A DNA stretch of 64,000 bases from Bacteroidia bacterium (GTDB lineage Bacteria > Bacteroidota > Bacteroidia > B-17B0 > Aurantibacillaceae): assembly GCA_044352985.1 (NCBI GenBank), contig JBILCU010000012.1:45428-109427 (forward strand), read 5' to 3'. This document shows, in pieces, positions 9,867 through 19,617 of the stretch. A model generated the notes under the pieces. It saw only the letters and a list, made by a program, of their open reading frames with translations. It did no database searches and had not been told where the DNA came from. Position numbers and translations under genes: made by a program. Each line of letters starts with the position of its first letter. The stretch's first letter is position 1.

Positions 9867-11627
9867 ATGCTATTATCAAATATTCGTTTGGCGGACATTT
9901 TTCATGAAATGTCTTTATTCTACAAATACCAAGGTAATAAAGATCGTTTCAGGTCATTATCTTATGAACGTGCTGCAAAGGTTATTGAAAATAATGAGGA
10001 AGATATTTATTTACTGATTTCTAAAAACAAAAAAATTAAAGGAATAGGTAAAAGCATAGCTGAAAAAATAATTGAATTTAATAATACTGGAAGTATTAAA
10101 AAACTTGAGGAACTTAAATCAATATGCCCCTTAGAATTAATTGATTTATTAAATGTGAGAGGTTTTGGTCCAGTCGCATTAAAAATTTTGCATGAGCAAT
10201 TAGGTATAAATACGAAAGAACAATTAAAATCTTTGCTTGAATCTGATAAACTAAAATCGATAAAGGGGTTAGGTATAAAAAAAATTGAAACAATAAAGGA
10301 AGGTTTTAAACTGTATCAATTATTTGAAAACAGAATGCTGCTTTGGGACGCTTTAAAAATTGCAGAATCTGTAATAAATTGGGTAAAAAAATGTAAATGG
10401 GTGAAGCAAGTTGAATATGCTGGAAGTTTAAGAAGACAAAAAGAAACCATCGGAGATATTGATTTAGTAGTTAGTTGTAATCCAAAAAATGTTTTAGAGG
10501 TTGCTAATCATTTAACAGATTTACAATTTGTCAGTTCAGTGATATCAAAAGGTAGTGAGCGGATATCAATTATAAACAAAGAATGGAACAAACAAATTGA
10601 TTTTTTGTTAGTTCCTGAAGAGGAATGGGGCTCTGCTTTGCAGCATTTTACGGGTTCAAAGGAACACAATGTTCTTTTAAGGACAAAAGCACAAAAGAAT
10701 AATTTAAAATTATCTGAGCACGGAATTTTAAATTTAAAAAGCAATCAGTTAGTTAAATTCAAAACAGAAAAAGAATTTTATAATTATTTAGGATACAATT
10801 GGATTCCTCCTGAAATCCGTGAAGATAAGGGTGAATTGGAACTTTCAGAAAATCATAAATTGCCAAATTTAATTACACTTTCAGATTTGAAAGGGGACTT
10901 ACATGTGCACACCTTGTGGAGTGATGGTCAAAATTCAATAAGTGAAATGGTTGTGTTTGTTCGTAAGCATTTTAATTATAAATATATTGCAATCACCGAT
11001 CATAGTAAATCTTCTAAAATTGCTCGAGGTATAACAGAAAAACAATTGGAGCAGCAGATAAAAGAAATTAAGTTGATAAATGAAAATTTAGGAATTCAAT
11101 TTGTGAAAACAGGTATAGAAGTAGATATTTTAAGTAATGGAAAATTAGATTTTTCTGATGAATTGCTCTCACAATTAGATTGGGTAACAGCATCTATTCA
11201 TAGTGGTTTTAAAAATAATAACACAGAAAGAATATTTGCTGCTTGTCAGAATAAATATGTTGATTGTATAGGGCATCCAACAGGTAGATTAATCGGAAAA
11301 AGAGATTCATATAAAATCAACTTTGAGGAAATTATAAAAGTTGCAAAACTAACAGGTACAGCTTTTGAAATTAATGCCCAGCCAAACAGAATGGATTTAA
11401 ATGAAGGTTTTGCTCGCATTGCAAAAGACAATCATATTCCACTTGTAATTAGTGCTGACGCTCATCATGTAAATGAATTTGATTATAAGAAATTAGGAAT
11501 TGCCATTGCTCGTAGAGCTTGGTGTGAAAAAAAAGATGTTTTAAATACATTTTCCTGGGCACAAATTGTTGAATGGAAATCGAAGCGAGTAGGGGAGAAG
11601 AAAAGAATAATGGAAACTATTAATTAA
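9867..11627 (+). CDS. polX: DNA polymerase X family with C-terminal PHP phosphoesterase domain
   Basis: Helix-hairpin-helix N-terminus. Pol-beta nucleotidyltransferase motif GSLRRQKETIGDIDLVV. PHP motif DLHVHTLWSDG. Start moved to the ATG at 9867, Met19 of the tracked ORF, 1 nt after the upstream stop. Confidence 0.85.
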   Translation: MLLSNIRLADIFHEMSLFYKYQGNKDRFRSLSYERAAKVIENNEEDIYLLISKNKKIKGIGKSIAEKIIEFNNTGSIKKLEELKSICPLELIDLLNVRGFGPVALKILHEQLGINTKEQLKSLLESDKLKSIKGLGIKKIETIKEGFKLYQLFENRMLLWDALKIAESVINWVKKCKWVKQVEYAGSLRRQKETIGDIDLVVSCNPKNVLEVANHLTDLQFVSSVISKGSERISIINKEWNKQIDFLLVPEEEWGSALQHFTGSKEHNVLLRTKAQKNNLKLSEHGILNLKSNQLVKFKTEKEFYNYLGYNWIPPEIREDKGELELSENHKLPNLITLSDLKGDLHVHTLWSDGQNSISEMVVFVRKHFNYKYIAITDHSKSSKIARGITEKQLEQQIKEIKLINENLGIQFVKTGIEVDILSNGKLDFSDELLSQLDWVTASIHSGFKNNNTERIFAACQNKYVDCIGHPTGRLIGKRDSYKINFEEIIKVAKLTGTAFEINAQPNRMDLNEGFARIAKDNHIPLVISADAHHVNEFDYKKLGIAIARRAWCEKKDVLNTFSWAQIVEWKSKRVGEKKRIMETIN

Positions 11628-11631
11628 AAAT

Positions 11632-12126
11632 TCAACGTGCTTTCCAAAGCATAACGAAATCATTCATAAAGTAGCCATTGCCAATATCAAAATCAGCAAC
11701 TTTTTCAATTTTAAAACCAAGTTTAAAATAAAAATTAATAGATTTAAAATTTTGTCGGTTAACAGTTAATCGGATTGTTTTTGGATGATTCATTTGTTTT
11801 AAAACTTCATTAAAAACGATGCTCCCTATACCTTTGTTTTGATTGTTTTGTAATACATAAAATTTATGTATCCAATAATCAGTCTTGTTTTCTGCACTAA
11901 TAGAAACAAAACCAATGATATTATCTACTTCCTTAATCAAATAAAACACATGTTTTTTAGCTTGTGTTTGTTCGGTCAAACTATTTTTTGAGTAAATAGT
12001 ACTTAACATGTAATTCACTTGTTCTTCGCCAATAATTGGCACATAATGTTTTTGCCAAATACTTTTTGCCAATTCTGCAATAAGTTTAAAATCGGATTCT
12101 TGTGCCTTAATTATTGATGCCTGCAT
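11632..12126 (-). CDS. GNAT family N-acetyltransferase
   Basis: Acetyl-CoA binding motif QNNQNKGIGS. 164 aa. Confidence 0.8.
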   Translation of the reverse strand: MQASIIKAQESDFKLIAELAKSIWQKHYVPIIGEEQVNYMLSTIYSKNSLTEQTQAKKHVFYLIKEVDNIIGFVSISAENKTDYWIHKFYVLQNNQNKGIGSIVFNEVLKQMNHPKTIRLTVNRQNFKSINFYFKLGFKIEKVADFDIGNGYFMNDFVMLWKAR

Positions 12127-12137
12127 GGTTTATTACT

Positions 12138-12145
12138 TATATTTG
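12138..12145 (+). promoter_or_regulatory. TAnnTTTG -7 box (TATATTTG) upstream of smpB
   Basis: Exact motif 33 nt upstream of the smpB ATG. Confidence 0.4.
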
Positions 12146-12177
12146 CGAAATAAATTAAAAATAGTCAATTAGTCTTA

Positions 12178-12633
12178 ATGGCCGACTTAAAAAACAAAAT
12201 AAACATATTAAACAAAAGAGCATCTTTTGAGTATGCTTTTTTAGAAAAATATGTTGCAGGCATGCAACTTACAGGTACAGAAATTAAATCCATTAGAGAT
12301 GGAAAATGCAATATTACCGATGGATATTGTTTTTTTAAGGATAATGAACTTTGGGTTAAAAATATTTTAATTTCTGAGTACGAAAAAGGAACTCACTATA
12401 ATCATGAACCAAAACGTGATCGAAAATTATTACTTAACAAAACTGAAATAAATAAATTACTCAAAAAGTTAAAAGATCAAGGGCTTACAATTATTCCGTT
12501 AAAGTTATTCATTTCTGAAAGTGGTTACGCAAAATTGGAGATAGCTTTAGCAAAAGGAAAGAAAATGTTTGACAAGCGTGACGATATCAAAAAACGCGAT
12601 ATTCAAAGAGAAACTGCTAGGAAATTGAAATAA
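12178..12633 (+). CDS. smpB: SsrA-binding protein SmpB
   Basis: 151 aa. It has the typical NKRASFEY...GTEIKSIR core and a basic C-terminal tail. Confidence 0.92.
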   Translation: MADLKNKINILNKRASFEYAFLEKYVAGMQLTGTEIKSIRDGKCNITDGYCFFKDNELWVKNILISEYEKGTHYNHEPKRDRKLLLNKTEINKLLKKLKDQGLTIIPLKLFISESGYAKLEIALAKGKKMFDKRDDIKKRDIQRETARKLK

Positions 12634-12712
12634 ATGTTGTTATCAATTTGTAAATGATTTTTCAGCTTCAGGTTAAAACTTCTTCTATATTTACGCTCTA
12701 ATTTTAATTCTA

Positions 12713-14575
12713 ATGCAAAAGCATTTTTTGTGTCTTTTTTTTGTTTTTGTTTCATTTTTTTCAATAGCTCAGCCCGACTCATTATTTTACAATTATTCTA
12801 TTGATTTAAATAATACAAAAAACGATTTACTGGATGTAAAGTTGGTTTTGCCAAAAATCAAAGAAAATAAAATTGTATTTCAGTTTCCTGCTATAGTGCC
12901 TGGAACTTATGCTATTTACAATTTCGGAAGGTTTATTAATGATTTTAAAGTTTACGCAAAAAACGGTACCCAAATTCTAGTTGAAAAATCTGATGTGAAT
13001 ACGTATACATTTACAAATTCAGATAATATTGACTATATCACCTATACTGTTGAAGATACTTGGGATACACAACAGAAAAAAGATTTTGTATTTGAACCTG
13101 CGGGTACTAACATACAACAAAAGAACAACTTTGTGCTAAATAATCAGGGCTTTTTTGGTTACATAAAAAACTACCAACAACTACCAATTCAGTTAACTGT
13201 TAAAAAACCACAGGGTTTTTATGCATCTACCGGTCTCTCAGATATTCAATCTGGTACCGAAATGGATATTATAAAAGCAAAAGATTATTTTGAATTGGTA
13301 GATTCACCAATCATGTATTGTTTACCTGATACTACAACAATAAATATAGCTGAAACACAAGTTTTAGTATCTGTTTATTCTCCTAGTAAAAAAGTGAGTT
13401 CACAATTTATAGCAGCACATATTGATACAATTTTAAATGCACAAAAAATGTATTTAGGAGGGAAATTACCTGTATCTAAATATGCATTTATAATTTATTT
13501 AACTGATTCAATAACAGGTTCAGGAGCCACAGGAGCACTTGAACATTCTAATTCGTCGTTTTATGTTCTAATGTCAATGGAAGCACAGTATCTTGCTCAA
13601 ATGATGAAGGATGTAGCTGCGCATGAATTTTTTCATATTGTAACGCCATTAAATATTCATTCTGAAGAAATTGGAAATTTTGATTTTAACCATCCTAAAA
13701 TGAGCAAGCATCTTTGGTTATATGAAGGTATGACAGAATACTCAGCTCACCATGTACAGGTTAAATATGGCTTAATCCCTATTGATCAGTTTCTTTATGT
13801 TTTTCAGAATAAAATGGAGGAAGCTCAGCGATTTTATAATGATACCTTATCGTTTACTTTTATGAGTGAACATGTATTAGATTCAATGTATCATGATCAA
13901 TATGCTAATGTTTATGCTAAAGGAGCATTAATAGGAATGTGTTTAGATATTTTATTGCGATATTACAGTAATGGTAAATATGGGACACAGGATCTGATGG
14001 CTGATCTTTCAAAAAAGTATGGCAAGAATAATTCATTTAAAGATGAGCTCTTATTTAATGAAATAGAGAAGTTAACTTTCCCTGAAATCAGGTTATTTTT
14101 AGAGAAATTTGTTGCTGGAACTATCTCACTTCCATTTGAAGAAGTTTTTGATAAGGTTGGACTCACTTATAAGGCAAAATTTCAAAGAACAATTTATTCA
14201 ATTGGTGGAATAAGTATTGGAATTAATCCTAAAAATGATAGAATTATTATTTATGATATTTCTGAAATGAATGAATTTGGAGATGCAATGAAGTACAAAG
14301 AAGGAGATGAAATCATTGAATTTAATGGACAGATAATCACATCATCAACTGCGCAAAATATTTTAACTACATATCCTGAAACTGTGAAAGATGGAGATAA
14401 ATTAATAGTTAAAGTGATTCGAAGAAGTAAAAAAGGAAAAGAAAAGATAAAAATATTAAAGGCAAAACAACGTAAGATAACATTCGATGTTTTTAATCAT
14501 TTGGAAGTAAATAAAAATGCCTCTACAAAACAGATTATTGCTAGAAATGCCTGGCTAGGTATAACTGGAGATTGA
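12713..14575 (+). CDS. secreted metalloprotease, M61-like (COG3975-type) with C-terminal PDZ-like domain
   Basis: Signal peptide, HExxH (AAHEFFHIV) and a C-terminal PDZ-like segment (GDEIIEFNGQ). Confidence 0.6.
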   Translation: MQKHFLCLFFVFVSFFSIAQPDSLFYNYSIDLNNTKNDLLDVKLVLPKIKENKIVFQFPAIVPGTYAIYNFGRFINDFKVYAKNGTQILVEKSDVNTYTFTNSDNIDYITYTVEDTWDTQQKKDFVFEPAGTNIQQKNNFVLNNQGFFGYIKNYQQLPIQLTVKKPQGFYASTGLSDIQSGTEMDIIKAKDYFELVDSPIMYCLPDTTTINIAETQVLVSVYSPSKKVSSQFIAAHIDTILNAQKMYLGGKLPVSKYAFIIYLTDSITGSGATGALEHSNSSFYVLMSMEAQYLAQMMKDVAAHEFFHIVTPLNIHSEEIGNFDFNHPKMSKHLWLYEGMTEYSAHHVQVKYGLIPIDQFLYVFQNKMEEAQRFYNDTLSFTFMSEHVLDSMYHDQYANVYAKGALIGMCLDILLRYYSNGKYGTQDLMADLSKKYGKNNSFKDELLFNEIEKLTFPEIRLFLEKFVAGTISLPFEEVFDKVGLTYKAKFQRTIYSIGGISIGINPKNDRIIIYDISEMNEFGDAMKYKEGDEIIEFNGQIITSSTAQNILTTYPETVKDGDKLIVKVIRRSKKGKEKIKILKAKQRKITFDVFNHLEVNKNASTKQIIARNAWLGITGD

Positions 14576-14587
14576 TTCAATTAATTA

Positions 14588-15736
14588 TTAATTGAACATT
14601 TTTTTGTAATCAAAAATAAGTTGATTTGAATGAAATTTTTCAGCAGCATAGTTTAAACTATTTTTTTGCTGCATTTTAAAAATACCATTTTCACAAGAAA
14701 CAGCATTAGTAATTGTTTTTAAAATATTTTCGTTATCATTTATTTTTACATTCCAGCCTGCATTATTTTTCTCTAACTCTTGCCAAGGTGTATTTTCTCC
14801 TATGATAACTGGAGTCCCGCACGATAGAGCTTCTACAATTGCGTGACCAAAATTTTCGCTATAACTCAACATAATTAAGTAATGATGTTGAATTAATTGC
14901 TGTTGCACTTCTTCTTCATTTAAAATGCCTTTGTATTCGGCTTTTATTTTTTTAGAAAAATCAGCGATTAAATTTTTACATTCATTCCAATACAATTCAT
15001 CTTCAATAAAACCATAAATTGATAAATCAATTTGAGCATTTTTAATTAAAGAAAGTATTTCCAATACTTTTTTCAGGTTTTTATTTTTTGCAATTCTTCC
15101 TAAATAAATCAATCTCAATTCACCAGGTTTTTTGGTGAGTTCTGATATTTCTTTTTTTAATTGAATGTTTGAAATGTTTTTTATTTCAGTTACTCGGGCA
15201 TTCTTAAAATTTTTTTTTATATCTTCAGTTTCATCAATTTTTGTTGAATGCCAAATAACATGTTTATGCAATTGCACTAATTTTGAAATTGTTAAAAAAA
15301 TTCTTTTTTTGAATGGTTTAATTTTTAAAGCACCTTCGGCTAACATACCTCGTGGGGCAAGAATGATTTTACCTTTGAACGAAAGTTTATTCAAAACCAA
15401 TAACGGTAAAATAGAAAATGTATATGAAAAGAAACTGTTCAAATAAATAACATCAGGTTGTATGCGATTGATTTGATTTTTTATTTCTGCTTTATTTAAT
15501 TTTTCCTTTGCATAATAAATAACTTTTATACTTGGTTTAATGTCGAGCCAAGCATTACTTTCTAAATTTTTGTAAGCTTGTTTGTCTCCAAAATCTGTAT
15601 TGCTTGTAATGATATAAAAATCAAATTCATTATTTAATTGATTAACTAATGCAGAAACTGATTTTATTGGTCCACCCGCTTTTATTCCGGGTAAAAACCA
15701 ATCAATAAAAATCAGAATCTTTTTTTTGTTTGTCAT
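14588..15736 (-). CDS. glycosyltransferase family 4 (GT-B, GT1/GT4 type)
   Basis: C-terminal EX7E-type region SENFGHAIVEALSCGTPVI. Confidence 0.8.
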   Translation of the reverse strand: MTNKKKILIFIDWFLPGIKAGGPIKSVSALVNQLNNEFDFYIITSNTDFGDKQAYKNLESNAWLDIKPSIKVIYYAKEKLNKAEIKNQINRIQPDVIYLNSFFSYTFSILPLLVLNKLSFKGKIILAPRGMLAEGALKIKPFKKRIFLTISKLVQLHKHVIWHSTKIDETEDIKKNFKNARVTEIKNISNIQLKKEISELTKKPGELRLIYLGRIAKNKNLKKVLEILSLIKNAQIDLSIYGFIEDELYWNECKNLIADFSKKIKAEYKGILNEEEVQQQLIQHHYLIMLSYSENFGHAIVEALSCGTPVIIGENTPWQELEKNNAGWNVKINDNENILKTITNAVSCENGIFKMQQKNSLNYAAEKFHSNQLIFDYKKMFN

Positions 15737-17620
15737 TTATTTTTCAATTTTCATTTTCTTTAGCCAGTGCCCAAGCACTACTAAATGCCAGATTCGAGAC
15801 CAAGTGATTAGTGCATCATCTTGCAAAAATCGTTGCCAGCTAGTATCTAAATAGTTAGCATTTAATGATGAACGATTTTTTAATTCGTTCAGATTTTCTT
15901 CGCAAAATGATTTTAATTCATTCTTCATCCAAACTTGCCACGGTAATACAAAACCCATTTTTTTACGTTCGATGATTTCTGTAGGAAGTAGATCTTTTAA
16001 TGAATCGGTCAATAATTTTTTTGGTGAAATTAAACTCTTGTGTTTATCAGGTAAACCAAGCGTGTACTCTACCAATTTGTAATCCAAAAACGGAACACGA
16101 ACTTCCAAAGCTACAGCCATACTCATCTGATCAGTATCCCGTAATAATACATTTTGCATGTAGGTGGAAATTTCTGCTTGCGAACATTTACTTAAGAGAT
16201 GATTTCTTTCATTGGTAGGAAGTGAACGTACAGTTTTATAAACCGGATTAAACGGTAATTCGTTGATCCCTGTCAATCCTCTTGTCTGACTATCGTTAAA
16301 TACAGCTCGTGAAAGTGGATAGAAATAATCAAAGTTTAAAATTGGTTTACTTAAAAACTGCGCTTTTTTATCTGCTGCAATTGTTTTTTTATTCATCAAT
16401 GCTGAAGCAGTTTTTCTAAATAGGCCCGGAACAAGATTCAGCCATGCTTTTTGTTTTAGTTCAATTGCGCGCTTAAACACATCGTAACCTCCAAACAACT
16501 CATCACTTCCCAAACCTGAAAGCGCCATGCTAATACCTTGTTGTTTGGTTGATTTTGAAACAATGTAAGTGTTAGGTCCGTCACCGCTTGGGTGATCCAT
16601 TGCATTCAAAGCATTAGGCAACTCATTTAAAAAATCAGTTACGTTTAATTTAATTTCGTGATGATGTGTGTTGAAGCGTTTAGCAATAATATTTGAAAAA
16701 TTTTCTTCTGAAAATTCATCCTCGTTGAATGTAACTGAAAATGTTTCGATAGGTTTATTACTTACTCCTGCCATTAAACCAACGATGCAACTCGAGTCGA
16801 TGCCTCCGGATAGAAATGCACCAAAAGGCACATCAGCAATCATTCTTTTCTCTACCGACTGATGCAAAAGAGTGGAAATAGTTTTTGTTGCAGTTGCATA
16901 ATCTACATCAATGCTATTGTTTGCCTTATTTTTAATATCCCACCAGCAAACTTTTTCCAATTCATTATTTTTAACTTTTGCATAATGCCCAGGCATCAAC
17001 ATGAAAATTTCTTTAATGATGGTGTTAGGCGCATGAACCGTTTGGTATTGAACATATTCAGTAAGCGATTGTTGGCTTACTTCTTTTTTTACCAAATCAC
17101 TTTTCAAGATTGCCCTAATCTCTGATGAAAAAACAATTCCTTTTTCGTTTTGAGAATAATATAATGGTTTGATTCCTAAACGATCGCGTACTAAAAAAAG
17201 TTCACTAGTTTGATTATCATAAATGGCAAAAGCAAACATGCCATTGAACTTATCGAGGCAATTAATTCCCCAACGGTTGAATGCAGCAAGAATTACTTCT
17301 GTATCAGAATTTGTCCTGAACACATAAGGAAATTCACCTTTATGGGCACGCTGCAATTCAAATTTTATTTCCTTGTAATTATAAAGTTCTCCGTTGTACA
17401 CAATCGCCCATCTACCATCGTTAGAAATCATGGGTTGATTAGATGTCGTCGAAACATCAATGATAGATAATCTTCTGTGTCCTAAATAAATATTGTTTTT
17501 ATTCCATGTTCCATCAGCATCTGGTCCACGATGCGCAATGGAATCATTCATTTTTTTTAGGATGTTTATTGCATCATCCTGATTGATTGAATTTGAAACA
17601 ATGCCGTTTATTCCACACAT
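15737..17620 (-). CDS. asnB: asparagine synthase (glutamine-hydrolysing) family amidotransferase
   Basis: N-terminal MCGI (Cys2 nucleophile) and PP-loop SGGIDSS. It overlaps the upstream epimerase gene by 13 nt. Confidence 0.9.
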   Translation of the reverse strand: MCGINGIVSNSINQDDAINILKKMNDSIAHRGPDADGTWNKNNIYLGHRRLSIIDVSTTSNQPMISNDGRWAIVYNGELYNYKEIKFELQRAHKGEFPYVFRTNSDTEVILAAFNRWGINCLDKFNGMFAFAIYDNQTSELFLVRDRLGIKPLYYSQNEKGIVFSSEIRAILKSDLVKKEVSQQSLTEYVQYQTVHAPNTIIKEIFMLMPGHYAKVKNNELEKVCWWDIKNKANNSIDVDYATATKTISTLLHQSVEKRMIADVPFGAFLSGGIDSSCIVGLMAGVSNKPIETFSVTFNEDEFSEENFSNIIAKRFNTHHHEIKLNVTDFLNELPNALNAMDHPSGDGPNTYIVSKSTKQQGISMALSGLGSDELFGGYDVFKRAIELKQKAWLNLVPGLFRKTASALMNKKTIAADKKAQFLSKPILNFDYFYPLSRAVFNDSQTRGLTGINELPFNPVYKTVRSLPTNERNHLLSKCSQAEISTYMQNVLLRDTDQMSMAVALEVRVPFLDYKLVEYTLGLPDKHKSLISPKKLLTDSLKDLLPTEIIERKKMGFVLPWQVWMKNELKSFCEENLNELKNRSSLNANYLDTSWQRFLQDDALITWSRIWHLVVLGHWLKKMKIEK

Positions 17621-18570
17621 GGAAGACCAATTGCTTTTAAAAATCTGTTGTCGTTTTTCATTTTAAGAATGCCTTCTTCAATTGGAAGAAGATTTCTCCC
17701 TAAAATTTCTTTCATCTTAGCATTGTCAGGTTGACGACGAGTCATATCGCCTTCTTTCAAAGGTGGAAGATGAATAATTTTAGAAGTTGAATTTGTTAAA
17801 TTAATAATTGTTGTTGCCAAATCAAGAATGGAATACAATTGATCATTTCCAATATTAATGACATCGTTAATTACTTTGTTATCATAAAAACAATTGATAC
17901 AGGTTGAAACAGTATCATCAACATAAGTAAATGTTCTGGTTTGGCTACCGTCGCCGTAAATGGTGATATCTTCGTTTTTTAAAGCGGCAGCTAAAAAACG
18001 TGCAACAACAAAATCAGTACTTTGATTTGGACCATAAGTATTGAAAAAACGGAAAATGGTATAGTCCAAACCATATTCTTGCTGAAAGCTTTTGCAAAAG
18101 CTTTCTCCTACATTTTTCACAATGGCATATGGAATTCTTGAATTTAAAGGCGTTGTGTGTTCGTGTTGCGGAAGCACAACCGGCTCGCCATATACTTCTG
18201 ATGAAGATGAAAAAAATACACGTTTTACGGAAGTGTTTTTACAAAGTGTAAGCACATTTTTAATTCCCTCAATGTCATTTAAAACTTTTACTGGATTTTC
18301 CTGTGTGCGTTGAACACCAACAACTGCTGCAAAATGAAAAACAAAATCAAATCTGTGAGATAACATCACCTGGCTAATGTCAACTAAGTTATTTACATCA
18401 CATTTTATAAAATGCCATCTGTTATTGAAAAGAGTAGGTAGTTTTTCAATATAACCTGTTGAGAGATCATCAACTATTACTACAAAGTTATTTTCATTCT
18501 CTATCAAGCGCTCAATCAGAGCGCTACCTACGTTTCCGGCACCTCCGGTGACTAAAATATTTGTCCTCAT
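17608..18570 (-). CDS. NAD-dependent sugar-nucleotide epimerase/dehydratase (UDP-glucuronate decarboxylase-like)
   Basis: Rossmann motif VTGGAGNVGS and YxxxK (YAIVK). Confidence 0.85.
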   Translation of the reverse strand: MRTNILVTGGAGNVGSALIERLIENENNFVVIVDDLSTGYIEKLPTLFNNRWHFIKCDVNNLVDISQVMLSHRFDFVFHFAAVVGVQRTQENPVKVLNDIEGIKNVLTLCKNTSVKRVFFSSSSEVYGEPVVLPQHEHTTPLNSRIPYAIVKNVGESFCKSFQQEYGLDYTIFRFFNTYGPNQSTDFVVARFLAAALKNEDITIYGDGSQTRTFTYVDDTVSTCINCFYDNKVINDVINIGNDQLYSILDLATTIINLTNSTSKIIHLPPLKEGDMTRRQPDNAKMKEILGRNLLPIEEGILKMKNDNRFLKAIGLPCVE

Positions 18571-19610
18571 TAATTTAAGAAATTAAGTGCTGTTATACAC
18601 CATTCATTAATAGTATTTTTGTTACCAAGTTCATGGCTTTTTTCTGACATCAAAGTTAAACTTTCATTCGGCAGATTAATGAATAATTTCATTTTTTCAA
18701 TCAAATCATTTTCATCTCCTGCATTAAAAAAATAACCATTTTCATTTTCAACCAGAAAAGCTTCAGAGGCCCCAATCTGACTACTCAAAATTAAAGGATA
18801 ACCGGCAGCGGCATACTCTTGCACAACAACTCCCCAGGGTTCAACTAAACTCGGCAAAATAAAAACTCCGGTTGATGAAATGATTTCATTTAAGTTTTCG
18901 GGTTGCACAAAACCAAGATGTTTGATTTTAGAATGAATAATAGGTTCTAAATCTCCGTTACCAAGGCACCATAATTCCCAATCATTTGGAGTTTCATTTT
19001 GTAATTTTATAAATGCATCCCATAATGTTTTTATACCTTTGAAATTATAATACCTTCCAACGTACAAAAATCGTTTCGGAAAATAGGTTTTCTTAAATAA
19101 AAAATGATTTTCGAAAAATTGGTTGAATAAATTTACATCTGCACAGTAATAACCCAATTTGATGTTACTGGTTTTGATTCCTAATTTTTCAGCGAATAAT
19201 TGTTGTTGATTTCCTGGAACCCAGGCGTGTGAAAATTTATTCTGAATCAAAAACTTTGAAAAAACAGATGCAAGTATCTGCCTAAAATTACCTTTCCATT
19301 TTGTGTCCATACACAAAACTGTTGGGATTTTTGCTTTAAATTTTTTGCAGATTTTTAAATACTCTTTATCAATCCATCCACTGCAAAAAATAATGTTAGG
19401 GTTAATTTTAAATACTAAATCATTTAATTCAGTTGAGTTGTAAGTAAATCGATCGTAATAAGTAATTTTTGGATTGTTATTGTTAAACTGAAAAGGAGCT
19501 TCTTTGTTTATAGGATAATTCAATATATATACCTCGCCATACTCTGATAATTTTTCAATACATGAAATAAAATATTTTGCTAGTTCAGTATAAAGAAAAC
19601 AAAACCTCAT
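18570..19610 (-). CDS. glycosyltransferase family 1
   Basis: C-terminal GT-B signature EPWGVVVQEYAAAGYPLILS. Confidence 0.75.
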   Translation of the reverse strand: MRFCFLYTELAKYFISCIEKLSEYGEVYILNYPINKEAPFQFNNNNPKITYYDRFTYNSTELNDLVFKINPNIIFCSGWIDKEYLKICKKFKAKIPTVLCMDTKWKGNFRQILASVFSKFLIQNKFSHAWVPGNQQQLFAEKLGIKTSNIKLGYYCADVNLFNQFFENHFLFKKTYFPKRFLYVGRYYNFKGIKTLWDAFIKLQNETPNDWELWCLGNGDLEPIIHSKIKHLGFVQPENLNEIISSTGVFILPSLVEPWGVVVQEYAAAGYPLILSSQIGASEAFLVENENGYFFNAGDENDLIEKMKLFINLPNESLTLMSEKSHELGNKNTINEWCITALNFLN

Positions 19611-19617
19611 GAAAATT

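Noticed and set aside
12100-12720. Looked for a tmRNA (ssrA) gene next to smpB
   Set aside because: The flanking intergenic regions are short and AT-rich. They have no tRNA-like acceptor/T-arm sequence and no tag reading frame.
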